A program made the translations under genes and the position numbers. Source: Eledone cirrhosa (taxonomy: Eukaryota). Taken from it: a DNA stretch of 64,000 nucleotides. The stretch is taken from NCBI GenBank assembly GCA_964016885.1, contig CAXHJY010001206.1, positions 27,384-91,383 of the forward strand. Direction: 5' to 3'. This document shows positions 30,177-41,959 of this stretch, piece after piece (position 1 is the first letter of the stretch; every line of letters begins with the position of its first letter). The notes below the pieces were generated by a model. The model ran no database searches. It was not told where the DNA came from and saw only the letters and a program-made list of their open reading frames with translations.

Positions 30177-30544
30177 CTTATCACTAGAAATAACATTAAC
30201 AATATCAACATCTCCAGGACTAAACAGCCATCATAGCCAGTGTCAGCCTCTTTAAATACTCGCCCACACCTACATCATCACAACTAATTCTATCGCCATC
30301 ATCATCATCGCTATCAACACGAACAATTACCGTCCTTCTTGCTTCTAAGTTTCTACTTCAGGTTGTCAAAAAACATCAGACATACATATCATTTCACATA
30401 TACATAGCAACAAAATTGAGAACTTGTGAGAGAGAGAGAGGATGGAATAAATGTTTATATATTTACACACACACACGCGCGCACACTCACACACACACGC
30501 ACACATATATATATATAGAGAGAGAGATAGGTAGATATAGTGAA

Positions 30545-30660
30545 GGCGCGTGGCACAGTGGTTAGAGAATTAGATTCGCAATCATGAGGTTGTGAATTCG
30601 ATTCCTGAACCGGGCGGGGCGTTATATCCTTGAACAAGACACTTTATTTCACGTTGCTCC
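30545..30660 (+). mobile_element. Second tRNA-derived SINE (family B), head plus start of core
   Basis: A-box-like TGGCACAGTGG, B-box-like GAATTCGATTCC, then TCCTTGAACAAGACACTT; no complete cloverleaf. Confidence 0.7.
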
Positions 30661-31106
30661 TTCTACCAGGAGCTGCGACCGATAGATAGTATTAGCAATT
30701 TGAAAGACCAAGGGAAACATTGTTTCCTCGGCCCGATTTGACGAAAGTCGATCGACTGTCGATATAGATATAATCAGAATAGATGGAGGAGAAGGCAAAA
30801 CATTTAAAAACAAATTTTGTTTTTAAAAGTATTGCCTTCTCCTCCATCTATTCTACTTATACTTGCTCTGCTTACCTTCTGCACCTCACTCTCATTAAAT
30901 ATTAACCTTTCTGTAATACTTAACACTGCAACTCTAAGCATTGAGCACACTTTGCGTCAGCTATTGGCGTCTCGTATACTGACTGTATCACAATTTGTTC
31001 TCTCTCTTCCACTCTTATGATACATATCTCTTCTTATGTGTGTATATATATATATGTGTGTATATATATAGGTGTGTGTATATTTATGTGTGAATATATA
31101 TATATA

Positions 31107-31144
<38 letters not shown>

Positions 31145-31411
31145 CACAATAAAGCAATGCAAATATCAGATAAGTAGCACTCTACAGTTTGTAGGACTGG
31201 AGTATAAATAATATAAGATCAAAAGATGGTTAAAAGAGTTCCAAGTATTTTGATATGTTGATTTAAAACTTCACTGCTCACAAGTGTTTTTTAAGCTTCA
31301 TATCATGTCTCCCTATTTTATCTGATGAGAACGCAGATATCATCCCATGATATTTGTTTTTGAAATGCGCATAATAAAATACTTGGAACACTTTTAACCA
31401 TCTTTTGATCT

Positions 31412-31477
<66 letters not shown>

Positions 31478-31659
31478 GGTGAGAGAGAAGGAGAGAGAGA
31501 GAGAGAGAGAGAGGGTGAGAGAGAAGGAGAGAGAGAGAGAGAGAAGAATGTAGAGCCGTGGGCCATTGAATAACTGCTGTGTCAAGGAGACTGGATAGAA
31601 TTGAGTTTCTCTCATCTTTACCAGGATCTATATTGGAAAACCTCAATATCTCCATATAC

Positions 31660-31729
<70 letters not shown>

Positions 31730-31972
31730 TGACAGGGCAGCAGAAAATTGTGTTCGAATCACAGAAGAGGTGTAGGGCACGACCGATTGAGCGTACCTAG
31801 AAAACGTATGTTAAGGGTATTCTGCGACTCTTTGCCATTGAGGAAAGATTCTCTTTTCTTGTGCGAGGATATATACATTTGTCATTTATCTAATCCAATT
31901 TCTTAATATCATTATGGATTTTAAGCTTCAAAATGTTCAATAATGATAAATATATAACATTAATTATCAAAG

Positions 31973-32156
31973 GGCGGTGAATTGGCAGTATCGGTAGAGG
32001 GTTGGACGCCATGCTTTCTAGCATAGTTACGTCCCTTTACAGTCTGAGTTCAAATCCCGCCGGGGTTAACTTTGCCTTTCATCCTTACGGGGTCGATAAA
32101 ATAAAGTACCAGTAATGTACTGGGTAGTTGCTGGCCTTGTGCCTAAAGTAGAAACA
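31973..32156 (+). mobile_element. Full-length SINE family A with 14-bp TSD
   Basis: A-box TGGCAGTATCGG, B-box GAGTTCAAATCC, core TTGCCTTTCATCCTTACGGGGTCGATAAAATAAAGTACCAG. TSD ATTAATTATCAAAG at 31959-31972 and 32157-32170. Confidence 0.92.
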
Positions 32157-32349
32157 ATTAATTATCAAAGCTGTAATTTTTCCTTGTTATAGTAAAAATA
32201 TGGTTTTGACAGAATTATCAACAAACCTGGCTATATAAATATATGTTTATTTTTTTCTTTCACAGAAACAATACAAATAACGTTTTATCTTTTAAATTAA
32301 TATAATAGATTTACTATTTGTAATATAATTTGAAACGCATTCTCCAGTT

Positions 32350-32421
32350 GGCTCGTTGGTCTAGTGGTATGATTCTCGCTTAGGGTGCGAGAGGTCCCGA
32401 GTTCAATTCCCGGACGAGCCC
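32350..32421 (+). tRNA. tRNA-Pro(AGG), one T-stem mismatch
   Basis: 72-nt canonical body GGCTCGTTGGTCTAGTGG...TTAGGGT...CCCGAGTTCAATTCCCGGACGAGCCC with a downstream oligo-T terminator. Confidence 0.85.
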
Positions 32422-32795
32422 TACATTTTTTTGTGTAATTCTAACGCTATTTTTTGCTACTCTGTCAGAATTCAGATCAAACATAAATTTAAATTTATAT
32501 GATTTTCAGTTATCTATTATTTTTCTTTCTGTCTTTGAAGTTAATTATCATAACAATGTCTTATAAATAATTAACTTTTTGTGAGACATATAAAGTCAAT
32601 TGCCATATATTTCTGAGAAGGAAGAGTGTAACAGAGTGTATTTACATTGGTTTATGTTTCCACAGGACTTCACATTGGAGATTCCAATGAAAAAAAAAAA
32701 ACAACTTCTGACGTCCACCAGCGTCGCTGACGTAGATTTTAACAACTTTTTCCTTTAGTATATTATATTTAAAAGGAAATGGATAATAAAATGTC

Positions 32796-32867
32796 GGAAT
32801 TTTCCGTACATTGAATTCGGGCACTCTTGTATCTGAAAAGAGAATCTTTCACCTAAGCCAAAGAACC
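32796..32867 (-). pseudogene. Highly degenerate tRNA-Pro-derived module (type D)
   Basis: Aligns to the tRNA-Pro body and to the type D copy at 35668-35738. Confidence 0.6.
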
Positions 32868-33492
32868 TTTAAAACAAATTTTCTAGGTATGCTCATTAGA
32901 TCGAGCCCCTTTCCATTCATTTATTTCTCAATATCGTTAAGGATTCTAAGCTTCAAAATATTTAATAATTGTTTCTACTTTAGGCACAAGGCCAGCAATT
33001 ACCCAGTGCATTACTGGTACTTTATTCAAAATATTCAATAATGTTAAACGTATAATATTAAATTTTTATTGTTGTAGTTTTCCTTGCTACTAGAAAAATA
33101 TGGTTATGACTGAATTATCAACAAACCAGGCTGTTTTTTTCTCTCTGCTTGTTTTGTTCTTTTATAGAAACAATACGTGATACATTCGTAGAAAAATGGA
33201 AAAACTGGACTTAAGGAAGCTGTTAAAACAGCGGCTCGAAGTGAGTCAACTCAATTTGACCCGCTGGTTCTGTCCTTCGTGGTAATGGTTTACCCATCGC
33301 CGTTTCGACGGCATTTTGCTGTTTTAACAGTCTCCTTACGCCGAGTTTTTCCATATTTCTACGAATTCTAATACACTCACGTTTCAAAATTCGATATGTG
33401 AGATAATTTTGTTAATAGAAGATACATTCTGTCATTTAAATTAATATAATAGATTTTCTATGTGTAATATAATGTTAAGCGTCTTATCATTT

Positions 33493-33564
33493 GGCTCGTT
33501 GTTCTAGAGGTACGATCCTCGCTTCGGGTGCGAGAGGCCCCGCGTTCAATTCCCGAACGAACCC
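33493..33564 (+). pseudogene. tRNA-Pro(CGG), degenerate
   Basis: Full length but with several D-, T- and acceptor-stem substitutions. Confidence 0.8.
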
Positions 33565-33926
33565 TAATCTTTTTCGGCGATTCTAACTCTATTTTCTGCA
33601 GCCTTGTCAGAATTCTGATTAAATATAAATTTAAATGTATATGATTTTTCAGTTATCTAATATTTTTCTTTCTCTGTTAATTATCATAACAATGTCTTAT
33701 AAACAATTAACTTTTTGTGAGATATCTGAAGTCGCTATATATTTCTGAGAAGGAAGAGTGTAACAGAATCTATTTACATTGGTTTATGTTTCCACAGCAC
33801 GACTTCCCATTGCAGATTCGAATGGAAAAAAAATTCTACTGACGTCGACCAGCGTCGTTGACGTAGATTTCAACATATTTTTCCTTTAGTATATTGTATT
33901 TAAAAGGAAATGAATAATAAAATGTC

Positions 33927-33990
33927 GGGATTTTCCGGAAATTGAACTCGGGCACAAGGAAAAAGAATCTTTCCTCAAAGCCAAAGAGGC
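33927..33990 (-). pseudogene. Type D tRNA-Pro remnant with internal deletion
   Basis: GGGATTTTCCGGAAATTGAACTCGGG...AGAATC...GCCAAAGAG. Confidence 0.55.
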
Positions 33991-34125
33991 GCAGAATAGC
34001 TTTAACATAGGTTTTCTAGGTACACTCATCAGATCGGGTCACTTTCCTCTTACTTATTGTTATATTGTGTTCAAAATATAATTGAAAAAACCCCCCCAAA
34101 AAACGAATAAAAATTGAATGTAATT

Positions 34126-34197
34126 GGGCTCGTCCAAGATTCGAAACCGAGCACTCTCGCACCCAAAGTGCGAATCATACCCTTAGACCAACGAGCC
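34126..34197 (-). pseudogene. tRNA-Pro(TGG), degenerate
   Basis: Full length; T-arm and anticodon-stem mismatches. Confidence 0.8.
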
Positions 34198-34874
34198 TCT
34201 TATGCTTACAATTGATCCAATATTATATTTAATTTTGATATCTTAAAAGAGAATCATTTGTAATTTTAACGTATTGCTGATATCATTGAAATTGAGAATC
34301 ATTGTAGTAAAACAATATTTTTTTTATTATACATAAAAATATATGTGACATTTGTTTTAAAATAGTTTATTAAATTGAGAAACAGGAAAGAGCTCCTTTG
34401 AGATTTCACCCTGGGACCAAATCACACCCCAAAGTAAGGTACTTCAGCCTTCATACCCAACATCCAGCTAAAGAACATTAAATACATAATTGGAAATGTA
34501 ACATAACTATGTATAAAGTGGTATAATTTTTATCTTTAGACCAGGAGTATGTTTCTCTCATACATTACGTGAGGTCTAGGATATTTAGATTTATCATTTA
34601 TCTAATCCAATTTCTTAATATCATTATAGATTTTAAGCTTCAAAATTTTCAATAATGATAAATATATGACATTAATTATTAAAGTTGTAGTTTTTCCTTG
34701 TTATAGTAAAAATATGGTTATGACAGAATTATCAACAAACCTGGCTGTATATATATATATATATATATATATTTCTTTTTTCTTTTCACAGAAACAATAC
34801 AAGTTGCGTTATGTCTTTTAAATTAATATAATAGATTTACTATTTGGAATATAATTTGAAACGTTTTCCTAGTT

Positions 34875-34946
34875 GGCTCGTTGGTCTAGTGGTATGATTC
34901 TCGGTTAGGGTGCGAGAAGTCCCGGGTTCATCTCCCGAACGAACCC
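34875..34946 (+). pseudogene. tRNA-Pro(AGG), degenerate or chimeric
   Basis: Full length; mismatches in the anticodon, T and acceptor stems. Confidence 0.78.
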
Positions 34947-35227
34947 TAATCTTTTTCTAAGTTTCTACGCTATCAGAGTTCAGGTGATGCATAAATTTAA
35001 ATGTATATAATTGGGTAATGTTTTACCCAACGGCATTTTGCTGTTTTAACAGCTTCTTTGCGCCGAGTTTTTCCATAATTCTACGAATTCTAATACGCTC
35101 ACGTCTTAAAATTCGATTTGTGAGATAATTTTGTTAATAGAAGATACGTTCTGTCATTTAAATTAATAAAATTTTTATATAATATAGATTTTCTATTTGT
35201 AATATCATTTCAAGCGTCTTATCAGTT

Positions 35228-35299
35228 GGCTCGTTGTTCTAGAGGTATGATTCTCGCTTACGGTACGCGATGTCCCTGGTTCAATTCGCGGACGAGCCC
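35228..35299 (+). pseudogene. tRNA-Pro-derived pseudogene, anticodon position reads ACG
   Basis: Pro body with a broken anticodon stem (CTCGC/ACGCG) and T stem. Confidence 0.78.
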
Positions 35300-35667
35300 T
35301 ACATTTTTTTTGAGTGATTTTAACGCTATGTTCTGCTGCTCAATCAGAAATCTGGTGAAATATAAATTTAAATGTATATTATTTTCAGTTATCTAATATT
35401 TTTTTCTGTCTCTGAAGTTAATTATCATAACAATGTCTTATAAACAATTAACTTTTTGTGAGATATCTGAAGTCGCTATATATTTCTGAGAAGGAAGAGT
35501 GTAACAGAATCTATTTACATTGGTGTATAGTTCCACAGCATGACTTCTCATTGCAGATTCGAATGGAAAAAAAATTCTACTGACGTCGACCAGCGTCGTT
35601 GACGTAGACTTTAACATCTTGTTCCTTTAGTATATTGTATTTAAAAGGAAATGGATAATAAAATGTC

Positions 35668-35738
35668 GGGACTTTCCGGAATTGAACATGGGACCTCTCG
35701 CACAAGAAAAAAGAATCTCTCCTCTAAGCCAAAGTGTC
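35668..35738 (-). pseudogene. Type D degenerate tRNA-Pro (anticodon position CTT)
   Basis: Reverse complement GACACTTTGGCTTAGAGGAGAGATTCTTTTTTCTTGTGCGAGAGGTCCCATGTTCAATTCCGGAAAGTCCC aligns to the Pro body. Confidence 0.7.
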
Positions 35739-35836
35739 TCTGAATACCCTTAACATAAGTTTTCCAGGAACACTCATTAGATCGGGTCACTTTCCTCTTA
35801 CTTATTTTTAAAAACGATTTAAAAATGAACATAGAT

Positions 35837-35908
35837 GGGCTCGTCCGGGATTCGAACCCGGGACCTCTCGCACCCAAAGCGAGAATCATACTCCTAGACC
35901 AACGAGCC
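35837..35908 (-). tRNA. tRNA-Pro(TGG), stems intact, D-loop G>A variant
   Basis: Reverse complement GGCTCGTTGGTCTAGGAGTATGATTCTCGCTTTGGGTGCGAGAGGTCCCGGGTTCGAATCCCGGACGAGCCC. Confidence 0.88.
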
Positions 35909-36034
35909 TCTTATGCTTCCAGTTGATCCAAAATTATATTTAATTTTGATATGTTAAAAGAGAATCATTTGTAATTTTAACGTATTGTTGATATCATTGA
36001 AAGTGAGAATCATTGTAGTAAAACAGTATCTTTA

Positions 36035-37297
36035 TCTCTATAAAACTGAGGATGTGTGTGTGTGTGAGTTTGAATCCCTAAAACTCGAGAAGTACCCAAC
36101 CGACTGTTTTCAAACTTTACACATATCATACTTATGTTGCAGGGAGTGTTCCGAGCAACAAACATTCAAATTTTCAATGCCATAGGGACCGCATTAGGTG
36201 ATTTAGCGATCTCTCTATATAATTCTTAGTCTTTCTCTTTTTAGATAGATACATACACATAACGTCGCGCCCTTATAATATCAGTCTGTATGTCTGGCTG
36301 TCTGCATTACGGAGAGAGATCGCTAAGTCGCCTAATGCGGTCCCTAGGGCATTGAAAATTTGAAATTTTCTTTGCTCAGAACACTTCCTGAAACACAAGT
36401 ATGACATGTGTAAAGTTTGAAAACTGTCGGTTTTCTACAATACTAAGCGGTAAAATAGTAACTATTGTTCTCGTAAAGGCACGTAAGTAAGCAACACTGG
36501 GAAAACTGAAGCTATTATAGCGATGTGTTTCTTTACCGGCTTTAATTTTTAGTGTTGTGTGAAATATATAACCTGCAAACCTGATTTTTGAATCGCAGCA
36601 GGATCGACTTTATTTCACTCGCTCCACTAAAAGTTGGATTTTCTTTGCTCACGGACTAATACATAGTTGCCGGCTTTCATTTTTAGTGTTGTGTGAAATA
36701 TATAACCGCCTTAGCTAAGCTTAGTATTGCCACAACCACAGCTGGCAAAGAAGTAAGGGTCTGGTGGTACGTAAGTAAGCAACACTGTGGCTTAAAACGT
36801 GAGGAAGAAGTTTTGTGCTCTTACCAACTGTTTGGGGAATGAGTGTGAGATTTGTCTTGAGCAAGGGTGGCGGAATAACCGGAGGCAGCAGACAGCATGA
36901 CATACAGACAGATATTATAAGGTTACGTCAGACCGATTTTCTTGAAATTGTAACTATGTATTAGTCAGTCTCTTCTTCATACAGTGAGCATTAGGTGAAA
37001 AACTTCATTTTTTCAGCTTTTTAGGGCTTTTTTTAGGCGTTACGTCTAGCCGATTTTCCCGAAATTTCAAGGCATATTATGCACATAAAAAAAATTCATT
37101 TTCTTGATGCCCTAGTTAGGTGAAAACATGCATTTTTCCTGCTTCATCGAGGAAAATCTTAAAGATTATCCAGCCTCAGCGTATTCGGTTTATTTTCTTT
37201 ACATATTATCGAGGCATGCAGTTTTTCCACGATTAGGTCTGTTGTCGGCCCGCGTTCCAAAACACCTTATCCCGTGAAACGCGGGTACCACTGCTAG
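36035..37297 (+). mobile_element. Non-autonomous Helitron inserted in the tRNA cluster
   Basis: A|TCTCTATAAAACTG start; hairpin CCCGTGAAACGCGGG at 37271-37285; end TACCACTGCTAG|T. The empty site CTTTA|TTATA is seen in a paralogous module at ~41680 (minus strand), with a similar one at ~34325. Confidence 0.9.
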
Positions 37298-37616
37298 TTA
37301 TACATAAAAATATACGTGACATTTGTTTTAAAATAGTTGATTAAATTTAGAAACACGAAAATGCTCATTTGAGATTTCATCTTGGAACCTACTCACACAC
37401 CGAAGTAAGGTAGCCAGGATTCAATACCAAAGAGCGAGAGGTTCAACATTAAATACAACGTTGGAAATTTCATATAACTATGTATAAAGAGGTATAATTT
37501 TTATCTTTAGACCAGGTGTATGTTTCTCCCATACATTACGTGAAGTCCAGGATATGTAGATTTGTCATTTATCTAATCCAATTTCTTAATAACTTTATAG
37601 ATTTTAAGCTTCAAAA

Positions 37617-37698
37617 TTCATCCTTACGGGGTCGATAAAATAAAGTGCCAGTAATGTACTGGGTAATTGCTGGCCTTGTACCAAAAAGTAGAAACAAT
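37617..37698 (+). mobile_element. SINE family A 3' fragment at the site paralogous to the 31973 insertion
   Basis: TTCATCCTTACGGGGTCGATAAA...GTAGAAACAATT followed by the same module sequence. Confidence 0.8.
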
Positions 37699-37893
37699 TA
37701 ATTATTAAAGTTGTAATATTTCCTTGTTATAGTAAAAATATGGTTATGACAGAATTATCAACAAACCTGGCTGTATAAATATATATATATATATATATTT
37801 TCTTTCACAGAAACAATACAAGTTGAGTTTTGTCTTTTAAATTAATATAATAGATTTTCTATTTGTAATATAATTTTCGGCGTTTTATCAGTT

Positions 37894-37919
37894 GGCTCGT
37901 TGATCTAGTGGTATGATTC
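37894..37919 (+). pseudogene. tRNA-Pro 5' fragment truncated by rearrangement
   Basis: GGCTCGTTGATCTAGTGGTATGATTC fused to another module. Confidence 0.75.
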
Positions 37920-38228
37920 ACGAGAAACACGAAAGAGCTCATTCCAGATTTCATCCTGGGACCAACTCACACTCCGAAGTAAGGTAGCCAGGACTCAATA
38001 CCAAAGATCCAGAGGTTGAACATTAAATACAATATTGGAAATTTGAAATAAGTGTGATTATTCAATGATTATTCTCTAATTGTTTGTAAAACATTGTTAT
38101 AAAAATGATCTCCATAGAAAGAAAGAATAAGAATTAGATAAGTAAAAAATCATATACATTTAAATTTATATTTCATCAGAATTCTGATAGGGCAGCAGGA
38201 AATAGCGGTAGAATCACACAAAAATATA

Positions 38229-38300
38229 GGGCTCGTCCGGGAATTGAACCCGGGACCTCTCGCACCCTAAGCGAGAATCATACCACTAGACCAACGAGCC
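38229..38300 (-). tRNA. tRNA-Pro(AGG), intact
   Basis: Canonical 72-nt body; T5 terminator a few bases downstream. Confidence 0.96.
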
Positions 38301-38428
38301 AACTGGTGAAACAGTTCTAAGTATATTACAAATAGTAAATCTATTATATTAATTTAAAAGCCATAACGTAGCTTGTATTATTTCTGTGAAAGAACATGAA
38401 AAACAGAAAAAAACTACAATTTTAATGA

Positions 38429-38545
38429 TTAATTGCTTCTACTTTTGGCACAAGGCCAGCAATTAATCAGTACATTACTGGTAGTTTATTTTATCGACCC
38501 CGTAAGGATGAAGGGCCAAGTTAACCTCGGTGGGATTTGAACTCA
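38429..38545 (-). mobile_element. SINE family A, 5'-truncated
   Basis: Core and tail match. Confidence 0.8.
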
Positions 38546-39095
38546 ACTTTAATAGTTAATGTTATATATTTATCATTATTGAAAATTTTGAAGCTTAAAA
38601 CCCATAATGATATTGACAAATGTACATATCCTGGACCTCACACAATCGATATGAGTCGATATAAAAACATTTTACCTCTTGTTACACAGTTATCTTAAAT
38701 TTCAAATGTTGTATTTAATGTTCAGTAGCTGGATCTTTGCTATGAAGACTGAACTACCTTATTTAGAGATGTGAGTTGGTCCCAGGATCGAACCTGAAAT
38801 GAGCTATTTCGTGTTTATCAATTTAATCAACTATTTAAAACCGAATGTCATGTTACGTTTATTTATACAAAAGACATTTTTTTAGTACAATGATTCTTAT
38901 TTTCAATGATATCAGTTACATGTTAAAATTACAAACAATATAATGATTATTCTTTAATTGTTTATAAAACATTGTTATGATAATTATCTCCATAGAAAGA
39001 AAAAAAATATGATAACTGAAAAATCATATACATTGGAATTTATGTGTCATCAAAATTTTGACAGAAGATAGAGTTAGAAAGCCAGAAAAAGATTA

Positions 39096-39167
39096 GGGCT
39101 CGTCCGGGATTTGAACCCGGGACCTCTCGCACCCGAAGCGAGAATCATACCTCTAGACCAACGAGCC
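39096..39167 (-). tRNA. tRNA-Pro(CGG), intact
   Basis: Canonical body, loop TT-CGG-GT, T-loop TTCAAAT, T5 terminator. Confidence 0.96.
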
Positions 39168-39535
39168 AACTGATGTAACGCTTCAAATTATATTACAAAT
39201 AATAAATCTATTATATTAATTTAAAAGACACAACGTAACTTGTATTGTTTCTGTGAAAGAACATAAATAACAGAAAAAACTACAACTTTAATAATTAACG
39301 TTATATATTTATTATTATTGAAAATTTTAAAGCTTAAAGTCCATAATGATATTGGACCTCACACAATCGATATGAGTGGATATATAAACATTTTACCTCG
39401 TTATATTGTTATTTCAATCCTGGAATGAGCTCTTTCGTGTTTCTCAATTTAATCAACTATTTTAAACTGAATGTCATGTTATACAAAATATTTTTTTAGT
39501 ACAATGATTCTCATTGATTCTCAATGAATATCATT

Positions 39536-39596
39536 GGATTCGAACCCGGGACCACTCGCACCCAAAACGAAAACCTTACCCCTAGACCAACGAGCC
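39536..39596 (-). pseudogene. tRNA-Pro(TGG), 3'-truncated and degenerate
   Basis: Lacks the 3' acceptor strand; several substitutions. Confidence 0.78.
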
Positions 39597-40201
39597 TCAC
39601 ATGAGAATACCTGACCAAATGTTATAGTTAATTTTCATATGTTCAAAGAGAATCATTTGTAATTTTAACATATTGTTGATATCATTGAAAGTGAAAATCA
39701 TTGTACTAAAACAATGTCTTAAAAACAATGTATAAATAAACATAACGTGACATTCGGTTTAAAATAGTTGATTAAATCGAGAAACACGAAAGAGCTCATT
39801 TGAGATTTCATCCAGGGACCAACTCACATCCCGAAATATGGTAGCCAGGACTCAATACCAAAGATCCAGAGGTTCAACATTAAATACAACATTGGAAATT
39901 TAATATAACTATGTATAAAAAGGTATAATGTTAATCTTTAGACCAGGAGTATGTTTCTCTAATACATTACGTGAGGTCCAGGATATGTACATTTGTCATT
40001 TATCTAATCCAATTTCTTAATATCATTATGGATTTTAGGCTTCAAAATGTTCAATAATGATAAATATATTACATTAATTATTAAAGTTCTATTTTTCCTT
40101 GTCATAGCGTTTCTCTTTTCTTATGTTCTTTCACATATGTCATTTAAATTAATATAATAGATTTACTATTTGTAATATAATTTGAAACTCATTCGCCAGT
40201 T

Positions 40202-40273
40202 GGCTCGTTGGTCTAGTGGTATGATTCTCGCTTAGGGTGCGAGAGGTCCCGGGTTCAATTCCCGGACGAGCCC
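40202..40273 (+). tRNA. tRNA-Pro(AGG), intact
   Basis: Canonical 72-nt body; T5 terminator at ~40279. Confidence 0.96.
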
Positions 40274-40926
40274 TACAATTTTTGTGTGATTCTAACGCTA
40301 TTTTCTGCTACACTGTCAGGATTCAGATCAAACATAAATTTAAATTTATATGATTTTCAGTTATCTAATATTTTTTTTCTGTCTCTGAAGTTAATTATCA
40401 TAACAATGTCTTATAAATAATTAACTAATTGTGAGATATCTGAAGTCGCTATATATTTCTGAGAAGGAAGAGTGTAACAGAATATATTTACATTGGTTTA
40501 TGTTTCCACAGCACTTCACATTGGAGATTCCAATGAAAAACAATTTTACTTACGCCCACCAGCGTCGTTGACGTAGATTTTAGCATCTTGTTCCTTTAGT
40601 ATATTATATTTAAAAGGAAATGGAAAATAAAATGTCGGAATTTTGGGGAAATTGCACACGGAAAAAAGAATCTTTCTTCAAATCCAAAGAAACATAAACC
40701 AATGTAAATACACTCTGTTACACTCTTCCTTCTCAGAAATATATGGCAATTTACTTTAGATGTCTCACAAAATGTTAATTATTTATAAGACATTGTTATG
40801 ATAATTAAGTTCAGAGACAGAAAGAAAAACATTAGATAACTGAAAATCATATAAATTTAAATTTATGTTTGATCTGAATTCCGACAAGGCAGCAGAAAAT
40901 AGCGTTAGAATCCCACAAAAAACACA

Positions 40927-40998
40927 GGGCTCGTCCGGGAATTGAACCCGGGACCTCTCGCACCCTAAGCGAGAATCATACCACTAGACCAACGTGCC
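40927..40998 (-). tRNA. tRNA-Pro(AGG), single acceptor-stem mismatch (T4>A)
   Basis: Otherwise identical to 38229-38300. Confidence 0.85.
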
Positions 40999-41086
40999 AA
41001 CTGATATGACGCTTCAAATTATATTATAAATAGTAAATCTATTATATTAATTTAAAAGACAAAACGCAATTTGTATTGTTTCTGTG

Positions 41087-41419
<333 letters not shown>

Positions 41420-41775
41420 ATAATAATAAATTTGAAGACTAAAATCCAAAGAGGGCTCGATAAGGATAAATATATATCAAATATATAAGAACCGTAGAGC
41501 AAATATTTCAAATTTCCAATATTGTATTTAATGTTCAACCGCTGGATCTTTGGTATTGAGTCCTGGCTACCTTACTTTGGGGTGTGTGCTGGTCTCAGGA
41601 TGAAATCTCAAATCAGCTCTTTCGTGTTTCTCAATTTAATCAACTATTTTAAACCGAATGTCACGTTTATTTTTATTTATAATAAAGATATTGTTTTTAA
41701 TTCTCACTTTCAATGTGTAATTTCTTTTAACGTATCAAATTTAAATATAATATTTGGTGAGTCGTAAGCATAAGA

Positions 41776-41841
41776 GGCTCGTTGGTATATGGGTATGATT
41801 CGCGGTGCGGGAGATCTCGGGCTCGAATCCTGGACGGGCCC
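41776..41841 (+). pseudogene. tRNA-Pro (TGG-type flanks) with anticodon-arm deletion
   Basis: 66 nt, anticodon loop missing. Confidence 0.75.
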
Positions 41842-41959
41842 ACCTAATTTTTAATCGTTTTTTTTATAATTATGTTTTGAACACAATATAGCAATAAATA
41901 ACTGGAAAGTGACCCGAACTAATGAACGTACCCCAAAACTTGTGTTACGGGTATTCTGC

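Noticed and set aside
35641-35889. 82-aa ORF MILALGARGPGFESRTSP
   Set aside because: It is a translation across tRNA-Pro sequences, not a protein gene.
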